Of a stretch of DNA of 64,000 bases, positions 48,188-62,203 are shown in pieces. Position 1 is the stretch's first letter. The number at the start of each line of letters is the position of its first letter. Both the position numbers and the translations under genes were made by a program. Under the pieces are notes generated by a model. The model was not told the origin of the DNA and did no database searches. It saw only the letters and a program-made list of their open reading frames with translations. Source of the stretch: Octopus sinensis (Eukaryota); the NCBI RefSeq assembly GCF_006345805.1, contig NW_021835997.1, positions 248,001 to 312,000 on the forward strand, in the 5' to 3' direction.

Positions 48188-51100
48188 TTAATCATCAAGA
48201 TTAAGAATCATTGCTGCTCCCCTTTTAATCCAATGATCGGCTGCTTTATCTCCAATTTTAACGTCCATTACAAACACCCGCATTTCAGCAAGATCGGACG
48301 TCATATAGACAGGACATTGGTATATTCCTGTTATTACTAGTCAAGAAACACGAATATAACCTTTTAAATTTTTCTTCTTTGCTTCCAAGTGCTTCAAATG
48401 TACAGAAGGCATATTATAAATTAGCTTCATTGGCTCTGGTTCCACCAGACTTGCGTTTTTAATGTCCCAACCTGCTCCTTGCAAGTGGATCCCCTTGATC
48501 AACACTCCTTCTGATGGAGATCATGTTACATTATTGTCGCTGATGATAAGGACGTTGAATTCAGAGATCAAATTGTCGAAAGGAACCTAATAATCAAGAA
48601 AATGATTTACATTGAGCGTATGGGCACTTGATTGCTGGACAGCGGTCAAAAAACTGATAGGGTGAATAAATGCCGAGATCAAAAATATTGTAGGAGTCCT
48701 TGAAGTGACTGTCCAAGTATTAAAGTGATGAACACGAGCATTAAGATCTCGAATCCAGGAAGCGAGCGGTTTTTTCGACGGATAAAGCTGTGATTATCAA
48801 ATAAAAAACTTGGTTACCTTTCCCCACAATTTCGGGACCCTTCCATGATAGATTGACTGGAAAATCTCTTCCAATTCCGTTGACATTGACATGAGACCAA
48901 GAATGCCTTCTTCTACTTTATGTGCCGTTGTTCTAATAACATCCAGCAATTTATTATAGCCGATGACCTTAATAAAATTAACCAAGATCCTCACCTGCTG
49001 AACTAGCACAAAACCAATGATAAAGTTGTCGTTTTTACGGATTCTCAGAGCAGCCTCAATATCAATATTATTTTGAATTTGTTTTTTGATAGAGTTGATA
49101 TTTTCAAGGACTCTGCTCTCTCCCGTGTCGTCATGGTCTCCTGATTGTTTAGACTCTGTCAGTAGGAGAGTGGAGAATTAATGGTTTGCAGCAGTTATTT
49201 CTGACTGAATTTCGCTATTTAGATGTAGTCCAAACACTTCTGAGTGTTCGTTATTTGGTAGAGTGTTGATATATTCGTGATATGATTTAAGAGGTCCGTC
49301 TTTTGGTACGTAGTATGTCGGCAAAGAAGACAACTTATAGTTCGTTTGAGTCAGAATGTTGTCGTTGAAATACTCATTTATGTACGTATTTAGCAAGGTT
49401 CTGTCTGAATCGTCTGTGACGTGACCACCATAAGTTATTCCAGCGATCAAATGTCTAAGAGCTTCCCAAGGTGTGGTAGAATATTCTTCAAGGTGAACAA
49501 TTAGTATTTCATTGGAACCTTTCATAAGTATCAATCATATACCTCAAAATCCGCATCATTAAATTGGTATGGAACATTCCAACCAATTTTTAGGAATTTT
49601 TTACGTTCCGTAATTACTGCGTGGAAGAAACAGAGCGAAAACAACAATATTCGGTATTTCTCTGGCTTGGAGCGACGGTTTATTTGTGACTCACGAACAA
49701 GATTCTATAACCGCTTCAGGTTAGCTTTAAGACCCTTTAGTTGAGAGATTTAACAATAAAACTTTTGGAGACTCAGTGGTCATTTTAATCCCGTAGTGTA
49801 GAATTGAAATAGGGAAGCACGAATGAGATGCACTACTCAACCAAAACCGGAATTTAGGATGTATTTCAGTGTTCTGTAATTCATTCACAATCTTGTCGAG
49901 TTCTGGCATCCAACTAAGTGATAAGTGGCAATTAGCCAGGAATATCCAGTGCCCCTTTAATTATAGAATCTACCTAACTTCTTTAATTCCTTCTTTTATC
50001 ATTCTGTTGGCAATGAATGACTGTCCTTGTCCTAGAGAAAGGGCGTGAAATTTTTTGCCATGTTGTATTTTATGGCGATCTGTAAGAGTGCCTGAGTCGG
50101 GTCCTAGTTTAGGGACTCATTCAAACACGACTAACAACTCCGGGAGACAGTATGAAGATTAAAGGAGTTTGTGGGTGAGAATCGATGAACACATCTTGCA
50201 TGTTAAGAGGAGGAGGCTCGACGTACTTCGATCCAAGATTATTCGTTACGAACGACGCCACACATATTGGGACGCGGTCGGGACGGATTGACCGTATAAT
50301 CAGCATAAAATACCTTAGTACCAGGAAGTTGATGATTCTCTGGTTCCGAGCTCTGATACCAGAGATGTCAGTATTTCCCATATTGTTCGAATGAGGACAT
50401 AATTCCGTGGAAATTTGTAAGTTTGTCTAATTCCGTCGCGTGATCCCACGATGATTCCGGAAGCCAATGGGAACATGGATTATCCATTTGTTGTTCACGG
50501 TCTATAGACTGTAAAGGTGAATAAACTATTTTTTACTTCGCCGCCTCGTAAGAAAAAGTTATATTCATCCATATTAATTTTCCCCCGCTGCTTCCATTAT
50601 TCTTACACAGATCTGGAAGGAAAAAAGTAGTTTATGTCGCTCGAATAGTCCGCGGCACGTTGTTCTGAATATGGTACAGCGACAAACTTGTAAATAAGAT
50701 AAGTGTGGTATTCGTTCAGATTTGAAATTCGCTCCTCAAGCTTTGAGGACCTGGAACTTTTCTCTATAGAATAGTTGAAAAGGTAAATATAGGATTCCAG
50801 CGAATATTGATACATGTGATCTACCCCGCCCATTTGATTCAGAATAAAAAATAAAATTGAAGCTCTTTGGGCGCACGGTAGATAACTTTATTTAAGTATA
50901 GAGCTAGAACTTTACCTCTCTGATTGCATCGATTTTTTCCTCGGTCTGGTGGACAACGTTGAGTTGGTTAGTCACTTCTGATGCAATAGATTTTGAACTA
51001 TTAAGGGTCTCCACAAGGTTTTCATCATCCAACAAAGACCCTTGAGTTTCATTTAGGAGCCTATTTTTATATTATTTGGGCAGCATCAAAATTTTATCTT

Positions 51101-51890
51101 CAAGTTATTGATGTTTCTTTTTTCCATTGGCTATGTTTTGGACAATGGCGTTCTTTTGTTCTTCTAACTCAGGTCGTTTTTTTCTGACGACTATTGCGAG
51201 TAGTTGTGTCTTCAAACCTACACGTTTTCCAAAAGTACGTGATGCCCATAAATAACATAATTTTCAATTTTATTGATATAGTCCTTTGAATGAAAATCAA
51301 CGACGACTAGATTCTAAATAATTTGATGATTCTGACATTTGATTCCTCCATTGTCTTGATCCAATTATTTGCCTGTGATTGCGGATCGATGATAATTGAC
51401 CATCTAGTTCCTTTTGTTATCGAATGGCATTTTCCACTGAGAAATCTCCACTCGGCAGGTTTTGTGAACTCCATTTTTTGACAAGACTCGGATTTGTCAT
51501 AAAATCAATAAAACTAAATTTGTCCGAGCAGCAAATATTATTTTCTTTTAACTACAAAATATTTTTATTGCTATTACTATTGGAATCCACTCGTCAAAAA
51601 TCATCTTGTTTCTGTATTGAGACAAAAAAGGTCCCGCATATGTAAGGAAAGTCTTCGAAATGACGCAATCACCTGGAAGATTTTTTATTTTTTCGTCCAG
51701 TTCCCTTTAGTTATTGATTGCAAAATACACCATGACTGTCACTTGCCACCGCTCTCTTTCATTTGCCAAGCCATTGACAAGTTTTTCCGCTCTACTAAGC
51801 ATCGTTTCCACTCGCTCAGCTTTTTGTTTCAGTTCCTCCTTTTGCTTCAGTTTATCGTCATATTAGAATGTGTAGATTGTGTAGATTTAA
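48188..51890 (-). pseudogene. Axonemal dynein heavy chain (DNAH2-like) 3' fragment, decayed
   Basis: AEKLVNGLANERERW, IDPQSQAN, MYQYSLESY..KSSRSSKLEERI, YGGHVTDD and the end ADHWIKRGAAMIL. The AAA5 core is deleted near 51227 (LLENV joined to GLKTQLL); the 5' two-thirds are absent. Confidence 0.85.
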
Positions 51891-51969
51891 AAATGTAACT
51901 TTTAATTAGAATTGATTATTTAAAATTTAAAGCATAAATAATGAGTTTGCCCGATTAAATTGACATTAA

Positions 51970-52260
51970 TGCCCGAGAATTCGAGCCAACAATAGGCTAT
52001 GCATGTGCTGCTTGGGGCAACGAACCGGCTAAAAATCGAAAAAATTCAAGAAAGATCTATCAACCTACTGAAGGACCATACCGATAGGGAAATTGTCCAT
52101 AGAACACTGGAGTCTCTCGTAGAGGCAAATGGGGGGGGGGGATCGTGGAAATGGACCTCAAACCATTCACCGTACATACAGAAAGTGTGTGGGGTCACGG
52201 TCGGAACATCGTGAAAAGATGGCTCGACTGTTGAGAAGTGTCGGAATCACCTGAACGTGT
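51970..52260 (+). mobile_element. Degenerate LINE RT thumb fragment
   Basis: Frame-broken IR.TIGYACAAW...KIEKIQERS. Confidence 0.5.
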
Positions 52261-52625
52261 TAGTTAATGGTTAAGACGGTGATTTTGTTTGGCTTAAATA
52301 ATAATAATTAACATAATTGCCCAGATTAATGACTTTGCCCGTAACATAATCATTTTTTTATTTAACTCAAGAATCACCAACAGTTAATTAGGGTAATTAA
52401 TTAGGTGATTTCAACAATTCTCAAAATCTTTCTCAGCTTTTCCCGATGTTGGACTCTGGACCCAACGCAAAAGCGGGACGGGCGAAGAACAGTTGTCCAA
52501 GTCTCAACCATTCGACAGAGATTTTTTTGAATGGTTTGTTAAAAAACGATCATTTTTATTTACAATCAATGAATATCTTTTGATTTTTTTAGAATGCATA
52601 ATAACAAGTAAAATAGAGTAGTTAA

Positions 52626-52870
52626 CTAATTTAGATGAGTCGCCGAGCGGATGGACAGGCAATTTCCACGTAATATCGCGAACGATATCCGCTGAAAAAG
52701 CCAGCTCGTTTCACGACTGTCGTGACTCCTCCTCGAGATGATTAAACCAATCTCTGAGAGGAGTTTGAGGGCTTTGGGTCCAATTATCCCACTGGTCTCA
52801 AAAGCCAGGGGAATGAAGCAGCAGGTACAGGTATCTTTTGATGTCCATGTTTCTAAAAATGACAAAAGTT
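52626..52870 (-). mobile_element. CRE-like non-LTR retrotransposon 3' fragment
   Basis: FIPLAFETSG..GPKALKLLSEIG...LFQRISFAILRGN is a typical CRE-clade RLE C-terminus. Confidence 0.75.
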
Positions 52871-53279
52871 TGTAATATTCAAGGATTAGCATGAAATGGA
52901 TGGGCTGAGAAATTTAAAAATCGACATTGCATTGCTTTCCATGCTTTATGTGGGGAAAATAAATTTGTTGAAATCTCTATGATTGAAAATTTTACAGAAA
53001 GCCCCAAATTAGAATAATATTGTTAAAAAATGTTTTTAATTTGGACGAAACTGGATTATTTTTAAACTTTTGTCGAACAGATCATTAACTGTTGACTCTG
53101 ACAAAAATCTGTCTAATAAACCGTTATGTTGAGTGGCCTGCTCATACGTAAACCAAGGCTAGACTGCTGGCCTGTTCCCACATTGACAATGTGGTCAAAG
53201 AAAATGCTGAGTCGAGAAAATGCTGAATATAACACCATTTTTTGATTTTAATAAATTTATTCGAAAATAAAAAAAACAA

Positions 53280-53535
53280 GAGAATCGGCCATCCATGCGA
53301 TTATCATGTGCCTGTAGTCGTCAATAACGTTGACTTGCAAGTCCTGGACTACTCTGTAGGCGTCCTGTTCCAAGTAATCCTTGATCGTCTTGACGAGCCC
53401 CTTCTCCTTCAAGGCAGTCCTCAACTTCCTCTTGGAGGAGTGATTGGACATGATATTCCACAAAATACGCCATTTGATAAGCATTTCCCACTCATGCTGC
53501 TCGAGTGCACTCAAAAAATCCACGCTGCTTTAAAG
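53280..53535 (-). other. Unidentified GC-rich coding exon
   Basis: Open frame bounded by an AG acceptor and a GT donor; family not recognised. Confidence 0.3.
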
Positions 53536-53659
53536 GGGGAAATTTTATAATAATTTACAAGTGGAATACAAATCAAATAAAAAGCATGGATGACATATGG
53601 TTATTTCTCAGAATAGCTTTTAGAATTGAATAAAAAATGATTTTTCAAAAAAGAAAAAT

Positions 53660-56600
53660 TCTAATTTTACTTGATAATGCTACGTACACTCACATGATTT
53701 AGAGTTCAGTAACATCAAACTCAGTTCAACGTTCTTCCAATTTTCTGACCTGATTTTTGAAATATCCGTCGAGATCAAATCTTCTTTGATTCCTCTCGTA
53801 CCTAAAACTTTCTTCATACTATTCCAAGAGACGTCTTTGATCCCAATCAGTCGCAATACGCATTCCAGAATGTCTCTGACAATATCGGGGGGAACTCTCA
53901 TGGATTTTATTTCTGTGAGAGAGTCGGTGGTTATTCCGCGAATTGAAGCATTTGCAGCTTCAATCGTATGTTGAACTGCTGACAGCTTTTGGTCAATTGG
54001 TTTTTTTCTCTCTGTAATTTTATCGGTTTCTTCAATTATAAGTTATTGTAGTTTTTCAATTTCTTCTCTCTGATTTGTTGTTTCCTCTATATTATATCAA
54101 TCAAAATGATACTTGCATAGTTTGCGTTATTTGCTGGAGAGCTTCGTCTGCTTTTTGTTGCTTTATTAGCAGCAACATTGATTTTTCAGCTGCCACAGTC
54201 CTCAAATTGTCAACCAACAATTTAGATTCGTTTAATTTATTTAATCCGCTCTAAAAATGAATATGCTATAACTACCATTATTCGAGCAACCCTGGATTCT
54301 AAAATCGTTTTCTTCTCGTTCATGACCTTGTGGTAGGTTGATATAAACAAAATATATTTGAATGGAGATGTGTCAATCAAAATATCCTGACAGGATTTAT
54401 TAATTTCGTAAAAATAAGTCGCCAGCTGTTCATCCACAGTTTCTTTATTCATTTTAGAAGTAACTAGATCATTCGATTTATTTAATTTTGATAAAAGAAA
54501 TTCCGGAATCTTGTAAAAATAGATTTAAGAAAGAACCAGTCTTATAGTTTCAGTTTTCCAGTTATTCTGCCAAATAATGTTGCAATGTTTAAAGAAAGCT
54601 GGATTCTCTTGACAAACAGTAGAAAAATTGTCAGCCTTATCATTCATTATAAGAACGATATCCGTCAAAATTTGTCTCAGAACACATCTCATTTAAAACG
54701 GATATCAGCGACTCAAGTTCCCCGGTTTTATACAAGCCAGGGATTTCTCCAGAAGACAAAAAACTGTTGATCATTTTGTAGTAAGATGGATTTTTCAAAT
54801 GATGATCTTTCAACAAAAATATTATTTTTTCTCCTTCAATACCAGCAGATTGCATTGCCTGAAAATATTTTAGAATTTACTAACAGCTTTCAAATAGTCT
54901 TTAAATTGTCTTATTTCATACATTTTCCCTATTTTTGGAGTTATAATCTTTATTCCATGCATATATGCAGTAAGCATAACCGCGGATGTCCTTCCAATTC
55001 CGCTACTCCCAACGAAGAGAACAGATTTGTTTATTAAGTGTTCATTTTTTTACTTCAACAAATTTGGTGACCTGGATTGAGTTTGTTTGCCATCGGTTAA
55101 TCAAGTCAGTAAAATCTTCCGTGTTTGATCTGCAGTTGATAATGCGGAAAGAACCTGAATGAAATCCAGTCCTCAGATTCGAGTTTTTTTAATTCTGAAA
55201 AAAATTCTAAAAACAAATTCCATTTTTCTTGGTTCAGAAATTTGTTGGAGTATTTTTTCAATGTTTTCAAGTTCAGATGAATCAGCCTCAAAGTATTCGA
55301 TATTCCGTCTAAAATAAAACATTTTATTCACCGTAAAATTTCGACTTGTTTTATAAAAATGTCAAAATTATTTTTTGAGAAATAATTTGATTGGTTTGTT
55401 CTTTGATTTTTTCAAAATCATCCTCGAAATCTTCGTCATTTTGAACTAAATGATTCCACCGCGATTTAATTTTATCAACGTTTTTCCGTGTTTCGATCAC
55501 ATCACTGGAAATTTGTTCTTTAATTGCTTTAATCTTTGAATAAGATATTTATTTGAAAAGAAAATATAAGTTAATTAAGGTTGCTTAATTTAAAATTTTA
55601 TGACTGTTTTTTTGAAATTACGTCATAGTTATTTATCGTTGATTCGAATTTTTCAAAATTTCTCCGAGCCATTCCAACAGATTGAACACTTTTTCCCGCG
55701 ACAATTTTTAACAATTTATTCTTTTTTTCAACCGAATCAATTTCAATTTTTAACTAAATATAATTTAGTAAATAAACAGAATTAAGTTCACGAGTCCATT
55801 CAATCTTCTTGTTGGAATATTCAACAACTTCTTCGACTGACTGAGGAGTCTTTTCCAACGAAGATTGCGCCTTGAAAATATTTTGAGTCAATTTTTTGTT
55901 CGTGGCTTAAATCGAATCACTCAATATGACCACCAATGCCTCAAAATACTTTTCCAACAAGTCGTCGATAGCTCCCTTTATCAAAACTGTGTTTATCAAA
56001 ACACAATCCACTTTTATCTCACTTTTGTAAATATAGAAAACTCTACATTGGAATTCTTTCTGCTTCTCTTCCTTTTGCTTTCATTTCTCGAAAGTTTTCC
56101 TTAAATTCTTCAATTTTCGTTACGTTTTTGGCTCAATTTCAACCGAACTGAGAACAAACCACGGCTAAAAATATAAAATAAAAAAATAACTTTAAAACTA
56201 ACGAGAATATCTTCCAATTTTTCAAAAATGTTCTCAATTTTACCATAAACAGATTTAATTCTGTCAACGTTTAAGTTTATCATTGTCGGAAAAATTCGAT
56301 TTTGTTTTCCCGCGCTGACTCCTCTAAATTGTCTTGGAATAGTGACGAATCTCCTGACTTCCTTCATGAAGCTCATTCTCGAGTCTTCAAGAACACTTTT
56401 TGAACACTTTTTAATGACCAAAGGACCAGGGTAAGCCAGTTAATTATAATCCCCCGTGATCCCCCGAATCAAGCGAGGGAGATCCTTCTGAAAGGTTCAA
56501 TCCTGCTCACAATGATCGGACAGAGACGACGATGTCCCAGGGCCAGAGATCTAGAAGTCCTTTTTCGGTAGGCATTAAGTGCCTCCTGAGCGTTTCCATA

Positions 56601-58265
56601 TCCGATTGGAAGTTCCAACTGACATGGTGGACCCCATAACGCCACGCTAAGACCGGAAGAAAGGTAAGAGATCCCCATTTTTCGACTGTGTCGTGCCAGA
56701 AGTACTCGTTGCCTCACGGGCAGGGGAACGATAACGAGAATTGATCCCAGCATGAAAACTAGCCTCCTTCGGAATCGAACTCACGACTGTCCAGATCCAT
56801 AGCTTAGTCTTCAGCCAAGAGAAGGCTTGAATTGCAATTTATTTTGTCTAAACATTAATCGACTTAAAAATATGCCTAAAAATTAAATCTATTTTGAATG
56901 GAGGGAAAATATCATTAAATAATTCCATTCCAATCTGATATTGGAATTCGAAAGCTTTGAAAAGTTGGTGATCCCAATGATTTCTCCAACCCTGCATATC
57001 TTCCGGCAAATATCCCTATTTCGTGTTATTAATAAAGACTTGGGATTCTAGGGATGTGAATATTTGCCGAAACGTGACCATTTCACTCTTCCACTGTTGT
57101 TGATTACGTAATAAATCAACGTCAAATAACATTATTGTCTGTTTTTTTATTTCTACAACAAACCTTGTCTATGAGTTGCTCGTGGCTTGACATTAGACGT
57201 CGATTTTCTCGGCAAAGTTTTTCGCTGATTTCTTTGAGTTTTTGAACATAATTTTCCAATTCTTCACAGTTTTTCCACGTGATTTTGTCGGTTCCTGTTT
57301 TAAGGTGGTTTAAAAACATTTCCGACCATTTTGTTTTTTTCGGATAATTTCCTCGAAGGCTCTTGCCGTGGAAATCATCATTGGTTTCTGACAGGGGATC
57401 ATTTGACGGTCAATCGAGTTGTAAAAATGGGCTTATTTATTAAAAAAACTGTCAAAAGGCTTAAATATTTGTTCTTTTGTAAACATCCTGTTTTCTTTAT
57501 CCACAAATCTGGAAAGCTGTTCACAACATGTTCTGATTTTTGTAATCTGAGATGTAAATATTTCAATTTAACTTCTTTAATTCTTTTGCCTAATTGATTC
57601 GTCATTTTAGGCTTGAAGGGTCCCCCCTTCCATTTATAGGGAACGTATTGAGGCCAGAATTGTTCGGTGAGAGATATACACATTTCTTCGAATCTATCAG
57701 TGACCTTTATCCCCATTTCTAATAAATTTTTTGATTTAATAAAAGTTTCTTTCCAAATATTTTCCTTGCTGAGGACAGTTTGTATTTGGCATGCAAAAGT
57801 GCTGTCTTAAACATTTAAAAAATGCTTTAATTACCTAAAACAAGCATAATATGCTCCATTCTGTTTTCTGGATAGTTTTCATAATCTGAATGGCGCCATA
57901 AACCGTCGAGAACATCAAAACAAATTTCAACAACTTCATTCAACTCGGAAATCCCAAAACATTAAAGTCCGTCGAATTTTCGACTTAAAGGAGAGAGAAT
58001 TGAATTGTATTTATGAGCGATTTTTGATTTGATTTCACAATTTTCACAACTCAGGTTGGCCCAATATTCAAATTCGTCAAACGGGGTTAAAACAACTAAA
58101 AAATATCATTATGAATTATTTACATCCATAGTCCTGGGCTGTTGAGTTTTTGAGGAATTTTTTAGGTCCCCAGTCTAGTTGTGATGTAATATTTTTGAGT
58201 GTCGGGTCCAATTTTTGTTTTATTTCTGAACAACTGAGTAAAGGACCATAAAGCTGGAAGCAATA
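53660..58265 (-). pseudogene. DYNC2H1: Cytoplasmic dynein-2 heavy chain pseudogene, copy B (tail fused to AAA4-stalk-MTBD)
   Basis: The tail duplicates copy A. A junction near 55075 leads to GSSGIGR (AAA4), INSFLSSGEIPGLY and MRVPPDIVRDILE (MTBD). In-frame TAA stops; truncated near 53660. Confidence 0.9.
56393..56815 (-). mobile_element. tRNA-headed SINE, young insertion private to copy B
   Basis: Absent from copy A; CAAGA duplicated (56388-56392, 56816-56820). B-box-like GTGAGTTCGATTCC near the 5' end; structured 3' tail shared with two other loci. Confidence 0.8.
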
Positions 58266-58615
58266 AGCCTCTTTAGTTCAGATATTGATTTCTTCTTCCC
58301 AAACTTCAAATTGAAGTAATCCACAGTCAAAGGCCATCCTCCTCTAGGCATCCGCTTAAACCGATCTTTGACGAGCCCGAAGAGCTGAGTCATCCATTCA
58401 GCAGGATTCGAAGAGTTGACAGAGTCACACAAAGCTTTCAGAGGTAGCAGACTTGTCGATATCTGCTGGGGAGGTCCAGTGAGTGAATTTCCGGAGGAAT
58501 AAGGACGACCATGAACATTTAAATCCACTCTTCCATTACAATTTTCACTATTATTTTGAGTAGATGCGTCCATAGATATGGTTATTCCATTTTGTAAACC
58601 AACCATCCGTACACC
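58265..58615 (-). mobile_element. 5' fragment of an R4-like retrotransposon (copy B, uninterrupted)
   Basis: ORF 58220-58606 with RMPRGGW..F; begins CTTGTGGTGT a few nt before the ATG, as the 62550 element does. Confidence 0.7.
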
Positions 58616-59072
58616 ACAAGAAATTTTTATCTCAAAATCATATAATTTAAAAGAATTATAGGAAAAAAATTATAAATAATTTGATGTTGATTTGAACATT
58701 GTTTTAAAATTCGAGTTTTAAACATGTAAATCTAAAAAAATATTGACTTACCAAGAAAGTTCTGCATGGTATGATAAAGACTAATGTTATTTTCACTACG
58801 TATTCAATTTTATCGCACTTAGCTTTCCATCATTAAATAAAAGGACTGAAAAATTTTACAGCACCTGGTCTAATGAAAGTTAATGTATCCTTATGTTATG
58901 AGCTTGATGGAATTCTGCATTTGGTTGTTTATGATATGAACTTTAATGTTTATGACATTTTGAATTAAGAGAATATCAGTTAAAATAAAGAGGAATATTG
59001 CAGAAATCAAAAAATTTACAAAGACAAAGAAAGTCAACAAAGAAAGGAAAAAGTCCAGTTTACAAAACTAAT

Positions 59073-60047
59073 TCATTTATTGGAATCTCTGTAGTGGTTG
59101 ATTTGGGAGAGCAAAGGACTATCTCCAGGTAGAACACACGAAATTGTCCTTTTTACATAATAATCGGAATCCCAGTTCAAATTTTCGATAATATCCTCCA
59201 ATAAGTGTGCTTTCCCCACGCCATAACCAGTCAGTCCACTTTTCAAACTCACAAAATGAACATGAAAATGATAAAATGTGGGTTGGTAATGAACAAACAC
59301 TCGCAAGGAAGCTCTCGGAAAAGCATACTCTCGCTCAATTTCTCTCTAAGTATGATTAATCACAGAATCTAACCATTCCGCTCTCCAAAATGTTTCTGAG
59401 GAGGGGAATATGACTTTGTCGGAGATCTCGAATGCTCATAATGTCGCCTCGATTGCAGATAGCTAGAGTGTAGAGTTCATCCAGCGCATTTTGATTCCAC
59501 TTTAAATCCGGGACCATCACGAAGCCTGTTGAAGGATCGGAATCTCGAAAAATCACTTTCTCACAATCACTGGCCAAGAGGTTTTGAATCCACTAAAAAT
59601 AAAGTAGACAAAGTACTGTGGTATTAAATTGGCACGTTTTTAGGTAAGGGAGGACTGCATTGATGTATTCTTCGCCAGTTTCTCTTAACATGACCAAAGA
59701 AGATAACTCGCTGTATTTCTCAATGTGGAGAGGGGTGGCTGGACAAATTAGAGTTGTGTTTAATTCTAGAAATAAGCATATAAACAATTCTTTCCCAGGA
59801 AATCAGAACACGTTTTCAAATGGCATCGATGATAGATGTCGTTAGAAATTTGATTTGAAAATTTGTTTGCTTCAAAGTCGACAATTTGATTGATTTTGGT
59901 GACGTTTAGATTTGAGTGCTGCATGATTACAATCGCGTCGTGTTGATTGTGTTTGAATAGACAAAATATTGTGTTTGATGTTTTATCTTGTCTTAAGACA
60001 CGAACAAATTTCAACGTCTTAAAAACACCACTTAGATCCATTATCAT
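59073..60047 (-). CDS. DCPS: Scavenger mRNA decapping enzyme, copy 2 (apparently intact)
   Basis: Same exon set and HIT motif as copy 1, with a few substitutions. Confidence 0.9.
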
Positions 60048-60109
60048 ATTTTTTCTATTAATTTTTTATCTAATAAAGTTATATTTCAGGCAATTTATTA
60101 TTATAGCAC

Positions 60110-62056
60110 ATCCCGTATGGACATGAACAGAAAGAGGTACATTCCCACACGTGCCACACACGATATGATTTTTTAACCATAATTATCCAACTTCTGCGGT
60201 TTCTAGCTTACCTGTGGAGTTTGTCCTGGCTATTACAGTTGTTTAGGGTTTTCTCCACGCGAATTAAATCAAGTTGCAAAACAGCCGGCTCCAGAATCCC
60301 TCTGTTTGATGTTAAATTTATTTCGCGGATGTGGAAAAATACCAAAATATTTCAAAAACGACATCCCCACGGTTTCCGTGGAAGTCGACAACTCAGACAA
60401 ATCTATCCGTCCGTACATCATTTGTCCCCTTCTTACAGACATTGATCTCACTGTTCCCAGTGTGTATACTCATCTGATTGATCTTCAAACAAAACTTCAC
60501 CAAAATATCGGAAGGTGATTTTATGTTTGAAATTTTCCAGAAATCGGTCACTATTTTCGATGGGGACCCACGATTTTGATAAACTAAGTCCTCCCTTCTT
60601 GTATACGACTACTCCACCGTCGGAAATACGATTTGTCCCGTTGAATCAGTCAAGGGAAATGAACGGATTAGAAATGATGGAATTCTGTCAAGTTTTATGA
60701 CAAAGTTCATAAAAGGACACTCATCTCAAGACTTATCTTTCACTAATTCGCGACGCTGAGAGGTATCCAGTGATATACGACAGCAATGGAGTAGTTCTCT
60801 CAGTTCCTCCAATCATTAATGGTCCATTTTGAGTTGTAAATTGGTAGGAGAATATTCCAAAGTAACAACTCAAACTAAAAATATTTTTATTGAAATGACT
60901 GCAACGGACTACCGTCGGGCTGTCATTGCAATGGACACGATCGTCACTACTCTCAGTCAGTACTGTCTTCGGGAGGTTTATGACTGTGGGGAGTCAGTGA
61001 GAGTGGAGTATTTTGGCAGAGTGGATATAATTCCCTTTTTGTGGTGTTTTGAGACTTTCAGAGTATTTCTTATGGAGAGGAAATAGTTGATTGTAACAGA
61101 ATGAATAAGCCTTTGAATATTGATGAGTCTCCCAAGTCGATTCAGATTTATTTGGCCGAATGGGCTTGAAAAGTACTCTGGAAGAGGATGGAAGGTCCCT
61201 AAAAGTAGTCATTCTTCCCACACGTCATGGTAATTCTCTATTTAACCAGATATCATTCACTGGCACGACATTGCTGAGGATTTGGCCATTGCCTTTGGCT
61301 ATAACAACATTCCAAGCAGATTTCCTCCAACCTTGTCCGTGGGCCGACCAGTATGTCCATTCTTCGTTTATATTTAGTCCCCAATAAACAGTCTATGCGA
61401 GGCAGTTCGACTGTAGATGGCAATTACTGGGTACACAGACGTCTCCAACTTTTGTACTCAGTCCACTTAATTGTAGTGCTCCATTGAGGACATCAAGATG
61501 AATGTTGGTTAGCCTTTGAACTCTTGCGTCAAAATTCTGAACCCCAAAACTGCGGATTTTCAAGTTTACTTATTGGAATATTGAAGGTCATTCGTAATTT
61601 CCTGTTTCCTGGTCTTCTAAAGTGCATTCGCTCGAACAGACAGTCGCCTCTTACAATCAGCATATTTGAAGTTGGGGACATTGTTCTTAAGGATGCCTCG
61701 ACGGGTAGTGTTGTTAGTCTGACTAATTAGGTGTGGGGGCTAGGAATTATGCTCATGTCTGTGCACTCCACTGTAAGCGTTCCTATGCCTTCGAGTGGAT
61801 TCATGGATCCCTGGATGATTTGTTGAACTCGTTAGGATTACGTCATGTTTCGATTCCTGGGGGTACATATGAACTTAAACCAATCGGGGTTGATGGTCAT
61901 GGCAAGTTTTTTTTGCCTGGACGTTGTGCCGACGTGGTTTGCAATGGACAGGTCGTTGGGTTTTTTGGAGAATTGAGTCCTGTTGTCCTTAAAGAGTTTG
62001 ATGTTGCTTGGCCTTCTTCGATATTCGAAATTGATCTTTCTTTCTTTTTAGTTTAG
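60110..62056 (+). pseudogene. FARSB: Phenylalanyl-tRNA synthetase beta subunit, copy 2 (less decayed; 5' end unresolved)
   Basis: Retains [10 protein letters not shown] and the C-terminal WPSSIFEIDL. No convincing N-terminal exon was found, so functional status is uncertain. Confidence 0.7.
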
Positions 62057-62203
62057 AAATTGATTTTACAACTTGGTTTTATATTATTCCTGATTTTTTG
62101 TTTTTTATTGACTTATTGAAAAGATTTTTTTAATTTGATTAGAGTTTTAAATCAAAAAAATAGTAATGTTTGAAAACAGCTAAAGTTTCATCGTTAAAGA
62201 TTA

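Noticed and set aside
32073-60047. Exact 27,000-bp offset between the DcpS copies
   Set aside because: The offset varies from about 27.0 to 28.6 kb along the duplication because of indels, so the round number is coincidence.
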